Assembly (NCBI GenBank): GCA_951406725.2
Contig: OX597816.1
Span: 96,348,001-96,412,000 of the forward strand
Length of the DNA stretch: 64,000 nt
Reading direction: 5' to 3'
Source of the DNA: Octopus vulgaris
Taxonomy: Eukaryota
Part shown: positions 26,576-41,391 of the stretch, one piece after another
Layout of the letters: every line of letters starts with the position of its first letter
Position numbering within the stretch: the first letter of the stretch is position 1
Position numbers and translations under genes: made by a program
Notes under the pieces: model-generated
Told to the model about the DNA's origin: nothing
What the model saw: the letters and a program-made list of their open reading frames with translations, nothing else
The model's database searches: none

Positions 26576-28038
26576 AAAGTACGATGGAGTTAGAGAAAGG
26601 AGAAATGGAAGAGAAAATGAAACAGATAGATGAATCTATCTAGAAATATTAATATATAGAGTATGTCAATCTAATAGGTACTATTAATATCGTTTTGTTT
26701 ATCCAATCGCCAATTTCATCACTTTTTCACGTATAAACCATATATTTGTTCAAGGGAAACCATTAACTGAAATAGTAGAGTGTCCGATAAAATTTGCTGT
26801 CGTTTCAAATTTGCTTCTTTACATTCTGCGTTCTAATCGTTCTTGGTTTAAATTTGCATCGTTGTAATTTAATTTTGTTGTTTAACCTTCGGTCAACTTT
26901 GATAATGAGAATTATCTTTAAACAATTTCCAGCTGAGACGACCACTAGCTTTTTGTTTTTGTCCTTACGTAGTATATCTAAGATTAACAAAAGAAATGTA
27001 TCCTTTATTTCTTGACGGTTCTAGGATATGACATGAGAAGGAGTTGGCCTTTATTTCTAGCAAACTTATTGAGCACTTTAAATCTCCCACACTACTTCTT
27101 CTCATGATCAGAGACGCACATATTGTAAGCCAGAAAGGGACTTGTTCAAGGGGTTAATGTCAAGCATCCGACAGACAAATCTGTGGTATTGAGCAGAATA
27201 TTTGCTATGACAATATTTTTGCTTCCGTTCGTCTGTGTTTATGTTCTAGGATCAAATTCCGCCCAGGTCGTCTTTGCCTTTCATCCTTTCGGAGTCGATA
27301 AATTAAGTACCAGTTGCGTACTGGGGTCAATCTAATCGACTAGATCCCCTCCCCCAAAATTTCTGGCCTTGTGCCTAAAGTAGAAAAGAATATTTCTACT
27401 TTAGTAGCTTAGTGCTAAATCTGTCTGAAATGTAATGGAAAATCGGTCAGTTTCAAAAGATTGATGTTCAGGTGACGAAAGAAAAGCTCGAAGGGAATAG
27501 TAGTCACTTCCTTTGATTTCTAGATGGAAGCAAATAAGAAATATCACTTACTGACCAAAGACAAAAAACAAAAAAATGAAAACTTTGTTACCCAATGTAA
27601 TCAAACGTGGTCCAAAATAAACTATTCTCTCTTTGATTCATGGACAACAGCAACAAATGTCTACGTCTTTTTCCCAAGGTGGCAGGGTACGTGTTCGCAG
27701 GTAAAATTGGAAACTATTTTTATCTGATTGAGTGACCATCAAGAGACCTTTTCACTTGCTTGATGATGTTTACAGGTATTCAATCAAACAGACTTGTAAT
27801 CAAAAGCGTTCCATCCGGGCCCATTGCGTCTTTATTTTATTAGAAGAATTGCGTTATATCTGAAGCAGTGAGTTAACAAGGTCGTTTCACTGTCGGATAA
27901 TGTTTCTAGCTCTCGGCGATTCGAGTTCATACCCCTTTGGGAGTAATTTCGTTTCATGCTTCTCCGATCGATAAAGTTCCAGTCAAAAATTGCATCTATT
28001 TTTTTCTTTCCCCTCTCTTCCTCTCTCCCTACCTCCCC

Positions 28039-28069
<31 letters not shown>

Positions 28070-29312
28070 GTCAGCCTAAATATCTCTCTTTCTTAGAAGT
28101 GGTTATGTTCCTGTGCAAAGGGGCGCTGATGTAACTTTCTCCAAATATGGAGGAGAACTGAGCGAGATGTTAACAAAGTCTTATACCCACAGAAAACCCC
28201 GATAAAACCTGGAATCCTGAAAAGACAGAGCGATGTGCAATTTATCCAAAAAAAAGGGGAAATAAAGATTACAATAATGTGAGGCCCGGCATCTATTTCA
28301 AGAAAGACGAGCGACCGAACACAGCATCCGTCACAACTAGCGTCTGTTACTAATTAGCCCTAATAACAATTCAATGAGTCGCCAACGCTAATTAACTCCA
28401 GCACTAACACTATAAGAATGATATTTATTTGTAAGTAAATGTATTTTGTGTAGATAAGTGCGTATTGTTTATTGAATTGGCATCATAACATTTAAAAGTT
28501 AAAGATTGCCTTAAGCCTGCAAGCTCATTTAGACCAGTTTTCTTCTGCTTTCTGAAGCGTTTAGCGACTGAGAGTGAAAGACTCCAGTGTGTAGAAGAAT
28601 AATCCAGCCACCAGCTACTACTAGTACTTGTGCAACATCAAATGAAGTGCATTTGTCAAGGACACAACGCCCTGTCTGGCCCACGAATCAAAATCACGAC
28701 CTTACGTTCGCGAGTCCGAAGAATTAGCTACGAGCTATGCATCTTCATTAGTACATTAGTAGAACTTTCATACCTCTCATAAAGCAGTTTACCGAGGTAG
28801 GGTTTAACACACAACTTCACAACTTGAGCGATAACTGAATATTACAATTGCTTCTCCTCAGTCGCCCCTGATTAAGTAGACAAATGCTTAAATATCTTCT
28901 ATCCACGTCCATGAAGTTCTTTTGTATACCAAAGTGTGCAAGTGTCTTTCCGTTGTTTGATCTGTTTGTTACCTCTGAGGGAGTCAGTGAGTTGGGAACC
29001 TGTGTTTTGGGTGTATATAAATCATACTCAACACGCTCACACGCGCATATACACACGCGCGCACGCACACACAAATATACACACAAGCACACACGCAAAC
29101 ACATACATACACACACACAAGCTCACATACAAACACACATACACACACACTAACACACATTCAAACACACACATATACACCCACATGTAACAACGCAACA
29201 AATACAAAGATATATCTATTTATTGAATAGGTTTCAATACAATGTAGGTCTTTCCTACTTGTGTGTGTGTATGCGTGTGTGTGTGTGTGCATACCTGTGT
29301 GTGAGTGAGTGA

Positions 29313-29368
<56 letters not shown>

Positions 29369-29479
29369 GTGTGTGTGTGCATGTGTGTACGCATAAACAC
29401 AGATCCTGAGTTACGTATTATAACCGACTGAATTGGCCTGTTGTACGACAATCTCTATGTTTTTTTTTCATGAGTTTTA

Positions 29480-30510
29480 TTAAAGTTCTTCTCAAGAGAG
29501 TTCAAGCCTGTCGCTAACAAAGCTAACAATGCGTCAAGACATTTTGAGTTAAGAATGTTCCCGGCGTTTGTAAATATGTTGTTGAGTTAGTGTGTTTGTT
29601 GAGCTGTCGATGAACACACCCGAGTGTATGCATCTATTTACTATATGAATCTCAGATGGAAAATCTTTGGAATACTTAACAAATCTTCACTGTACCACTA
29701 ACAGATTGAATTTTGAGAATCTGCATCAGTTTCCTTTGTTCTTTCTTCGAAAAACCTAGCATTTCTAGTTTTTCTGTGTAAAGTTGACTGGTACAAATGA
29801 AAATCTATGGGCAGCATGGAAGAGCTGTGAGTTCCGCATTAATTAACCATAGATGTTCTCTTTTTTCCTGAACTTCTAATAGAACATTCACATCCACTGA
29901 GCAGCTGACTTCTACAACAGTGTATAACTTTTGTTCCCTGCCCCACAGAACAATAATACCGAATTTCTGTTTTTATTGGAGTGATCTACCAGTATTCCAT
30001 GCTTTTAAAGGTTTGAATACATGCTAGTTCTGATGTGCCTTTGATCTGTACCGCAGTGTAATCCTTCTTGCGCATAGAATTATAATCATATATATATATA
30101 TCGGGCTTCAGAGCATGTAATATCTCGTAGACACTTGAAGGAGGTGCTAACCTTATGGGTGGTATATCTGCACTGGTAAAGCAGAGCCGACACTTTTCAT
30201 CAGAACGTGGAGGTTTGGTGGAATCTTGTCTCTCTTGTTTATCGAGCATTTAGAAGCTATCTACTGTTCCTGGATAGCGAAGGTATATAATTCAAAATGG
30301 AATGTACAGTCTCTATCACAAGTCTTGTCAATGCTGCTGTTGTTATCCTCTTGCGTACGGGGTATGTACCCGTGCATTACTTTTATGATGGTATGATGCC
30401 TGCTTCTCCACAACGCTTCTACTTTGGTGGGTCAGTCCAGCCTCTTTTGGATCTCATGAGACAGTTTCGTTCTCAGAATACCTGCACATTAGTTCTCCAA
30501 ATCTGAACAT
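29480..30510 (-). mobile_element. R4/Dong-type non-LTR retrotransposon C-terminal fragment (zinc knuckle and restriction-like endonuclease)
   Basis: YTFAIQEQ*IASK..DEKCRLC and VLWGREQKLYTVVEVSCSVDVNV..FSFVPV; heavily decayed. Confidence 0.72.
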
Positions 30511-31196
30511 GTTGATGGTCTCACTTTTTGTATGTATGTATGCTTCTTTCTATGCACGAGTAATAGCATATGCAAGTAGTGCATGATTGCATGTCTGTCT
30601 GTCTGTCCGTCTGTATGTATGTATGTATGTGTGTGTATATATGTATGTATGCAAGTATGCAGGTATGCTGGTATGTATGTATGTAAGTATGAATGGAAGC
30701 ATGGATTGATGGATGGATGGATGTGTGGATTGATGGATGCATGCATACACGTATGTATACAGTAAATGTGTTTGTAATGAAATTTGCCTTTCCATTGAGG
30801 AGGTAGCTTGGTTGACCGAAAAACTGCAATATTTATCGCCTAAATCGACGGAGATCCATTTGAAACCGGCTCGAGGTTACAGTTCATCACCAATCTGTAT
30901 TCTAAATCCATGGTTGTGCTCCGGTTTATACTGTTTTTTTTACGCAGTGATATACACGACGAGGTATAAACACTAACCATTACATATCTTTCTTTATTGT
31001 AGTAAATTTGACAATGGGTCAACAAAAATTGGGAGACCTAAAAAAATTAGTGCTACTGGTTATCTACAGAACATAGCTGTAAATTAAATTTACTACAATA
31101 CTAGAAGATATGTAATGACTATTACTTATACCTTGTCTTGCATATATATATATATACACATACACACACATACATATACATATATGCATGTATAAA

Positions 31197-31425
31197 GGCG
31201 GCGAGCTGGCAGAAACGTTAGCACGCCGGCGAAATGCTTAGCGGTATTTCGTCTGCCGCTACGTTCTGAGTTCAAATTCCGCCGAGGTCGACTTTGCCTT
31301 TCATCCTTTCGGGGTCGATAAATTAAGTACCTGTTACGTACTGGGGTCGATTTAATCGACTTAATTCGTTTGTCTGTCCTTGTTTGTCCCCTCTATGTTT
31401 AGCCCCTTGTGGGTAATAAAGAAAT
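31197..31425 (+). mobile_element. Young full-length tRNA-derived SINE
   Basis: Nearly identical to 10618-10845 and 52688-52915. Confidence 0.9.
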
Positions 31426-31676
31426 ACATATATGTATGTATGTGTGTGTGTTTGTTCCCACCACCACCACTTGAAAACTGGTTGAAAACTGGTTGGGATG
31501 TTTATTTCCTCGTAACATAGTGGTTCGGCAAAGGGGTTTAATAGAATAAGTATCAGGTTAAAAATATATATGTACTTAGATCAATTCATTCGGCTAAAAA
31601 TCAATCACAGCGGTGCCCCAGCATGCCCGCAGTCTATTGCTTGAAAAAAGTATATATATACATACATACATGCATG

Positions 31677-31758
<82 letters not shown>

Positions 31759-32897
31759 AGTTAGATAGGACCGGTTTATGAGATTATCTTACTTTTCAGG
31801 TCCATTAAGGGCTTGATTTTATATACATTTACATACATGCATACATGCGTACATACATACATACATACATGCGTGCATGTATGTATATACATATATGTGC
31901 ATACATTTATATGTATATACAATGAGCACAAATATTTGTGTACCTACTGTTGCCTAGCAACAAACAGTCACGCTCACGCACTCGCGCACACACACACACA
32001 CACACATTCTGTTATGCTCATATATATATATATATATGCATTTATCATCACACAAATACAAATATTGTAACAGACACACACACACACACACGCATATGCA
32101 CACATACATCAATGTATAAATATATTCATGCACACAATCATAAACACGTATAAATCTTCGCTCATTGAGTCCATGCAGACTCACACAACTTTCTCCCGTA
32201 TATATTCACACGCACGAACACACGTACAAAATAGGCGTCTTTCACTTTGATACACGCTCACAGAACTTACGCATGCACAGCTTTCCGTCTCGAACCTGTT
32301 ACACACACATACACACACATACACACACACACACATACACACACACACACACACATACACACATACACACACACATACACACACGCATACACACACGCAT
32401 AGCACTACCTCACGCAGTAACTAACACCCACATCCAATATCAATGATCACTGTGAACAACACTTCTTCACGCCTGCAACTTTTTCACTCTCACTGAAGGA
32501 ATATGACCGCGATCTTCCTCCTCCAAGCCGTCATCAGCCACACCTCCATCACCACCACTACCTTCACCACCACTACTTCCACCACCACCACTACTACCAT
32601 CACCACTACCTCTGCTACCACTACTGCCACCACCATCCTACATCACCACAAGCAATCATCATTATCCCTTTCCGTTTTTTTTTTCATCATTATCATCAAG
32701 ATCATCAATAACGTCGTTATTATCATCATCATCATCATCATCATCATTGTGGTTATCGCCTTCGGCTTAGCACGTGACTGGCTGCAACGTCGGCGGGAGT
32801 CTTCCAATGAAACTGGAACGGTAGGAAGAGAGGGTGTACAGTTGTGGCATGGTATCTATTAGGTTGGTGGGAATGCACAGATACATACATACATATG

Positions 32898-32956
<59 letters not shown>

Positions 32957-32975
32957 ATACAAATATACATGTATG

Positions 32976-33017
<42 letters not shown>

Positions 33018-33145
33018 CCGAAATTACTACGATGATCCGGTTCTTGACTGAAGACTGAGGGTTTCGAATGTCCTGTCCGTGTTTATTGTATCGTCTTCTA
33101 AGAGTTATACGTTCTTGTCCATGTTGTATTTTTCTACATACCTTA

Positions 33146-33209
<64 letters not shown>

Positions 33210-33519
33210 GGACGGAGGGAGAGAGAGATTCAGCGGAGACAGAAAGACAGAGAGAGACAGAGGCAGAAACATGTACATTGATAAATTCAGTCGTATATTT
33301 TTGTGTACACACTATGAAATACACCCCATGCAGACACACACACACACACACACACACAGTAACGAACATACAATCAAACATACACGCAATCACAATTGAT
33401 ACATGAATAGAACTGTGATAGAAGAATCGTCTACTGTTTTATCATTATTTTAAAATATTCTCTGATAGACCTTTTCATTTCATACTTTTCAACCTTGACT
33501 ATTGTGTTTTGTTCTTTTG

Positions 33520-33715
33520 TTCTTTTACTTGATTCAGTCATTTTGTGTATGGGCATGCTGGAGCACCGCCTTTTAGTCGAACAAATCGAACCCCGGGACT
33601 TATTCTTTGTAAGCCTGGTACTTACTCTATCGTTATCTTTTGCCGAACCGCTAGGTTACGGGGGTGCAAACGCACCAACATCGGTTGACAAGCGATATTG
33701 AGGGGGGACGAACAC
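33520..33715 (-). mobile_element. 3' part of CORE-like SINE
   Basis: Reverse complement of the tail of the 24952 copy; similar to 36410-36600. Confidence 0.75.
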
Positions 33716-33846
33716 ACAAATACACACACATACATACATATATGTAAAATTAAATAAAAAGGGTAGAAATTGATATTAATCAATTCAAACCAGTGGCTTA
33801 GCATATTTTTAAAAAATCCAAGATTAAAAATTGTGTTACATACAAA

Positions 33847-33949
33847 ATTCAGAGGACTGACCACTAAAGTGGACAGCCTATATGCTAAACATAGACGTCA
33901 AATCGCCATTACCACGAAGCTGTCCACTTTAGTGGTCAGTCGTCCGAAT
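33847..33949. repeat. ~100-bp foldback element (MITE-like)
   Basis: Perfect 23-bp arms GACTGACCACTAAAGTGGACAGC (33855-33877 / 33919-33941), extending to ~31 bp with 2 mismatches; 41-nt spacer. Confidence 0.9.
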
Positions 33950-33953
33950 CTTT

Positions 33954-33984
<31 letters not shown>

Positions 33985-33986
<2 letters not shown>

Positions 33987-34137
33987 GACAGGCTTCTTTC
34001 TGTTTCCGTCAACCAAATCCACTCACAAGGCTTTGGTCGGCCCGAGGCTATAGTAGAAGACACTTGCTCATGGTGCCACGCAGTGGAACTGAACCTGGAA
34101 CCATGTGGTTATGAAGCAAGCTTCTTACCACACAGCC
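33985..34137 (-). mobile_element. tRNA-derived CORE-like SINE head
   Basis: Reverse complement of the 9034-9191 family. Confidence 0.85.
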
Positions 34138-34911
34138 TTATTCATTATATATTTACTTAATTATATATTTTGTTTGGAAGTTCATATGACTTCATTGTGT
34201 AACGTGTTATTTTCTTACAAACGAAAGTCGTTTCTGACTTTAAAGGTTTATTAAACTACTTATTTTTGTCTCTATCACTTCGAGTGACGATGCTGAAACT
34301 TCTACATTTAAACAAATTATATCAGTTTTTCAAACGTAAGCGCATTAGATTAATTTTTCCCTCCTTACTTTTTTTTTTTTTTTTTTTTTTGCTGATGAAG
34401 AGTTTTATCAACTAAATCAACAACAGTACTTGAATAAAACTGTATTTTATCGACCTCTGAGGGATGATAGTCAAAGTCGACTTCAGTGGTATTTGAACTC
34501 AAAATGTAAAGAGTCTTTACAAATACGACTAATTCAGTTTGTTACGCTCCAGCGATTCTATCAGTTCACTCCAACTCTTATTTATGCAATTCGATCTCCT
34601 GAAACGAAAGACACCTCATACACAGCTCCTCATGTACTTGCCATCACATGGTAATTAATAAATTTGTTTAATTTTCTTGTGTTTAACACGTCACCATCGC
34701 AGTTAATAGTAGCATCAACAATACTGCTAATATTATTGAAATTATTTCCCGTTTTTTAAATTTTAAGCAACCCTGAGGGAGGTTTCATCTTGAAATGGCA
34801 AGAGTAATTTCATTTAATCGAAGTTTTCAGATTACCATATGATATCATAATAAAAGCGCCACTAAGGTAGTTTGCCCTAGCTCTATTGTCGATAAAATAA
34901 GAGAACATCTA

Positions 34912-35129
34912 CGAGAGAGCGCTAAAATAGTTCCTGGCTTTAAGGGTATCGCGAAAGACCTGCTTGGAGGCCCAACCTTTCAAGTTCTTTTACCGGGCTT
35001 AGAAAAAGTGAAGGGCCGCAGCAATAAATGTGTGAGTCTTAGAGGGGGGTTTGTTGAATAAAATCATATTTAACTGATCCTCCTGTATCTTCATTTACCC
35101 AAAGCTGGGGACTTTTCGCCATCCACTCA
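34912..35129 (+). mobile_element. mariner-derived MITE, copy 1 of 3
   Basis: Imperfect TIRs (agttcctggcttt / aaagctggggact), TA flanks, retained transposase end NKCVSLRGGFVE*. Confidence 0.75.
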
Positions 35130-35404
35130 TAAATACAACTTTGATTACAGGGTGTACAAACTAGATCCGTCTCATTCGAACAAGACCAAATTGTAGAAAA
35201 TAATAATTGTTCACTGTATACTTCCGATATAGTTGTGTGTGTGTATATGTGTGCGTTGTGTGCGCGCGTGTGTGTGTATGTATCTGTGTGTGCGTGTGTG
35301 TGTGTATGTGTCTGTGCGTGCGTGTGTGTGAGTATGTGTCTGTGTGTGCAATCGCGCGCTTGAGTGTGAGATAGTGAGTTACTTAATGCACGTATAAACA
35401 TAAA

Positions 35405-35475
35405 TATCTATATGTATATATACATACGTACATATATAAAAATATATATACATACATACATACATATATATAAAA

Positions 35476-35506
<31 letters not shown>

Positions 35507-35509
35507 TAC

Positions 35510-35566
<57 letters not shown>

Positions 35567-35572
35567 CTTTAC

Positions 35573-35628
<56 letters not shown>

Positions 35629-35660
35629 TATATATATTTTTTTTTATAATATATATATAT
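35405..35660. repeat. (TA)n with a ~45-nt poly-T run
   Basis: Direct reading. Confidence 0.95.
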
Positions 35661-35989
35661 GGCTCAGTGGTTAGAGCGTCGAGCTTACGATCGTGAGGTT
35701 GTGAGCTCGAATCCCGGACCGGGCTGCGTTTTGTGTTCTTGAGCAAAGGACTTTATTTCACGTTGCTCCAGTTCACTCAGCTGTAGAAATGAGTTGCGAC
35801 GTCACTGGTGCCAAGCTGTATCGACCTTTGTCTTTCCCTTGAATAACACTAGTGGCGTGGAGAGGGGAGGCTGGTATGCATGGGCGACTGCTGGTCTTCC
35901 ATAAACAACCTTGCCCGGACTTGTGTCTAGGAGGGTAACTTTCTAGGTGCAATCCCATGGTCATTCATGACCGAAGGGGGTCTTTACCT

Positions 35990-35990
<1 letters not shown>
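35661..35990 (+). mobile_element. tRNA-derived SINE, third family
   Basis: A box GGCTCAGTGGTTAGAGC, B box GAGCTCGAATCCC. A second, interrupted copy lies at 37275-37680. Confidence 0.85.
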
Positions 35991-36057
<67 letters not shown>

Positions 36058-36077
36058 ATATATATATGTATATATAT

Positions 36078-36325
36078 TCAGGGTACGGTGAATAAACTGT
36101 CGTCTAAATTGGCCAAGAATCAAATAGACACTCACATCTCATTTTAACAAATATATTTACCAAAATTACATAAAAATATCTTGAAATACTAAAGAGTAAA
36201 TCTATTCAATAAAATCAGAATTGGCTTCAACCAAGGCTTCCAAACGACTTCGGAATTGTTTGCAACTCTTCTTGGCGGTCTCCTTGTTGGTGAATGCTGC
36301 CATAATCCTTGCCTTCAGTTCATCT
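36078..36325 (-). mobile_element. Tc1/mariner-superfamily 3' end fragment
   Basis: DELKARIMAAFTNKETAKKSCKQFRSRLEALVEANSDFIE*, followed by a CAGGG-type terminus next to a (TA)n tract. Confidence 0.7.
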
Positions 36326-36409
36326 TTTTTTAACAGAACAGAATAAGAGAAATAAACAGAGAGAGAATTTTAAAAAACCCTGTCGATTTAGCGATATATA
36401 TCTCTTTTA

Positions 36410-36600
36410 TCTCTTTTACTTGTTTCAGTCGTTTGACTGCGGTCATGCTGGAGCACCGCTTTTAGTTGAGCAAATCGACCCCAGGACTTATTCTTTGTAA
36501 GCCTAGTACTTATTCTATCGTTATCTTTCGCCGAACCGCTAAGTTACGGGACGCAGACACGCCACTATCGGTTGTCAAGTGATGGTGGGGGGACAAATAC
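36410..36600 (-). mobile_element. 3' part of CORE-like SINE
   Basis: tttcagtcgtttgactgcggtcatgctggagcaccgc..., the reverse complement of the family tail. Confidence 0.75.
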
Positions 36601-36636
36601 TGACACAGAAACACACACACACACGCATATACATAC

Positions 36637-36683
<47 letters not shown>

Positions 36684-37349
36684 CACATACGTATGTATGT
36701 GTGTGTGTGCGTGTGTGTGCATGTGTATGTGTGTATTGCTTATGTACCTAAATCATACTTCTAGGTTCTGTTCCACTGGGGCCGACCAAAACCCTGTGTG
36801 TCGATTTGGTAGAACGAAACTGAAAGAAGCCCGACATTAATATATGTGAGTGTGTGTGTGTGAGTGTGTATGTGTGTGTGTGTGTGTGTGTTTGTATCTG
36901 TGTGTGTGAGAGTCAGTATCCTTATGTCTGTTTTTGGCGCCCACCACTCTTTGGCAACCGGTGTGGGTTTGTTTACCTCATCATAATTTTGTAATTCGCC
37001 AAAAGAGAACGATAGAATAAAATATAAAGACACACACAATACGTTTTGCAGGGCCTTTTTCTTTTTTCGCACAGCTATGGTGTTCGTGGTTTCCGTTTCG
37101 TTCTATTAAGTTTCCTATCATCTTATTTTCGCTTCGCTTTTTCAAAAGCGAGGTGTATCACATATTGGACTGAGTGAGAATTATTCAATTACTATTTTGT
37201 GAAACGTTTCTGAAATTTGTTAATGCTATTTCAAAATAAAATAAAATCGATTTTAGAAATGTATGTTATGCTTCTGCTCACTCAACTGTAGAAATGAGTT
37301 GCGACGTCATTGGTGCCTCGCTGTATCGGCCTTTCCTTCGGATAACATC

Positions 37350-37549
37350 TGTTTCTTTATTACCCGGAAGGGGCTAAACATAGAGGGGACAAACAAGGAC
37401 AGACAAACGGATTAAGTCGATTACATCGACCCCACTGCGTAACTGGTACTTAATTTATCAACTCCGATGAAAGGCAAAGTCGACCTCAGCGGAATTTGAA
37501 CTCAGAACGTAACGGCAGACGAAATACGGCTACGCATTTCGCCCGGCGT
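37350..37549 (-). mobile_element. 5'-truncated SINE nested in an older SINE (37275-37680)
   Basis: Reverse complement of the 31197 family; the flanks match 35770-35990 on both sides. Confidence 0.85.
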
Positions 37550-38028
37550 GGAAAGCGAAGGAAATATGGTATGGATGGGCGACTGATGGTCTTCAACAAA
37601 CAACTTTGCCCAGACTTGTGTCTTGGAGGGGAACTCTGTAGCTGCAATCCCATTGTCATTCATGGGGTCTTTTTTACCCTAATTGATATATTAAATCAAC
37701 TTCAAAATGGACAAGTGCTCGAAAGGAACTGAGAAGCATTTTATTAGTACTAGCTAAAACAACATTTAAAAGATTTTCAGGTTAACTAGAAGATAATACC
37801 CAACGGTACATGCGGAACAAATTACATTTTGTCGGACTAACGGTTATGGATTTAATACTTTTAGACACACACACACATACACACGCAACCAACCAATACA
37901 AATATATTTAAGGCATGTTCGAACCCTCAAGAAAAGTGTTCACTTATTCTGTCAAAGAGAAAATTTCCCGCTATAGACACATAGGTGTATACACATCACT
38001 GTTTTGCTCTTTGATTCCATAATATATA

Positions 38029-39471
<1,443 letters not shown>

Positions 39472-39613
39472 TATATATATATATACACACATATATATAC
39501 ATATATATATACATATGTATATACATGTTAAAAGAAAATAACAACAAAAACCAAGGAAGGACAGGTATCTCAAGTCATTTATAATAATTTAGTTAGGGTA
39601 AGGTGAATTTGAA

Positions 39614-39690
39614 ATATTACAGGTGTTTCTGCGATATCCCAGGTGACGGGGTAGCATGTCCCTACACTGGGTATTCCGTCATCAGAGACA
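39614..39690 (-). ncRNA. Degenerate hammerhead-like motif, long stem II
   Basis: Minus strand: gtct CTGATGA CGGAATACCCAG...CTGGGATATCGCA GAAA CACCTG TA atat. Stems I and III are mismatched. Confidence 0.55.
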
Positions 39691-39974
39691 AGGTGAGTAT
39701 GTAGGAATGTCCTAGACAGGGAATTGTACTTTTCCTCAAATATATGCCTGCTAAAACGGAAGCCTAATACGGAATCTTAGCTCCAGCCTCAGCTGCTGAA
39801 TTGGGACCTAACGGATGACCAATTATAGCACTTACTCAGCTTATCTGTTCGTTTAAGATCATCAGTGAACTAAACCCTTCATATTCTATATATATATTTA
39901 TACACACACACACATATATATACATATATACATATATCAATATATAAATGTGTGTGTGTGTGTATATATATGTG

Positions 39975-40058
39975 TCTTTCCTGATGAGAAGGCGGCATAA
40001 TGCACCCTTTATTCCTTCGGAATTGAGAATATGCAGTCTTCGAAACATATGTCAAGAA
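39975..40058 (+). ncRNA. Type I hammerhead-like motif, canonical core, long stem II
   Basis: CTGATGA (39981), GAAGGC-G-GCATA...TATGC-A-GTCTTC, GAAA, CATATG, TC. Palindromic ACATATGT stem III; stem I is weak. Confidence 0.7.
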
Positions 40059-40253
40059 TAAAGAAATTTTGTTAAATCGTCGTTCGACTCCATTCTTTCA
40101 TTTATTTATAGTAAAAAAACACACAAATTTCCACACGAAAGCACGTGATTTCTGCCCTTGGCATGTAACTTCAACCGTGTTTTCTGACGTGAATTTGCTA
40201 CCCGGGTATCGGTTAACCGAATTACCCATACTAGGATAATTCCTTCAACTACT

Positions 40254-40293
<40 letters not shown>

Positions 40294-40321
40294 AAATAAT
40301 TATTATTATTATCATTATTAT

Positions 40322-40875
40322 TGAGTGAGAGAGCAGCGCATGTCATCAATGTGACATTGGGTTAAAATATACGAAGCCCTGTATAATCACCTAGACTACC
40401 CGTCTGATAAGGGTACACCAGGTACATGTGCATCACAACCATATGCGCGCGACATGGTGATCTCATATCAAGATAAACAGCGCACGAACTTGCAGGTGGG
40501 GACCAGTTAGAATTTTCTTCAGGTCAAGTAGCACATCCGTCTCAAATGGTCCCTGAATAAGGTTTGTTTAAGGATGATGAACAAAACACCTATGTTTTCA
40601 AAGGTGAATTATCCAAACTCCAAAGAATTCCTTTCAATACATGGCTATGATGCTCCCCAACTACTTCTGCTCCTGATCAGAGATGCCCATATCGTCAGCC
40701 ACTAAGAGACATGCTCAACTGGTTAAGGTCAAACAACTGACAAGCAACTGAAATGAGCAGAATATTTGTTGTAGCCCATCTTTTATACCAAGACAAAACA
40801 ATGTACATGATAACACTTCCAGACAGTTAAGATCAGAATCTGAGTGCCATTGCCTGGTACTATATCAGGGCATTT
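40322..40875. mobile_element. Unclassified interspersed repeat bounded by (ATT)n
   Basis: The internal part matches a diverged copy at ~27090-27215 (gatcagaga...gagcagaatatttg). Confidence 0.55.
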
Positions 40876-40894
40876 ATTATTATTATTGTTATTA

Positions 40895-40930
<36 letters not shown>

Positions 40931-41205
40931 GTAGTAGTAGTAGTAGTAGTAGTAGTTCAAATTCTGCCGAGGTCGACTTTGCCTTTCATCCTTTCAAGGT
41001 CAACAAATTAAGTACCAGTTGAGAACTGAGGTCGGTGTAATCGAGTTAACTTCTCCCACCAAATTTCAGGCCTTGTGACTATAGCATTATTATTATTATT
41101 ATCATTATTATTATTATTGTTATTATTTCGCTTATGGAAATTCATGGCATTTTTTTATAGGTTTCTCAGTTTTAATTCTTATACACACACACGCACGCGC
41201 GCGCA

Positions 41206-41391
41206 CGACGTGGTACTGAAAAGTTCTTGCTTTAAGGGTATCGTGAAAATCTTTTACAGGGCTTAGAAAAACTGAAGGACCACTGGAATAAGTGCGTGAA
41301 TCTGAGAGGGGAATATGTTGAACAAAATCATAATTAACCGATCCTCCTATATTTTCTTTACCCAAAGCCAGGAACGTTTCAGGACCCCTCG
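41206..41391 (+). mobile_element. mariner-derived MITE, copy 2
   Basis: Homologous to 34912-35129; HWNKCVNLRGEYVE remnant. Confidence 0.75.
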
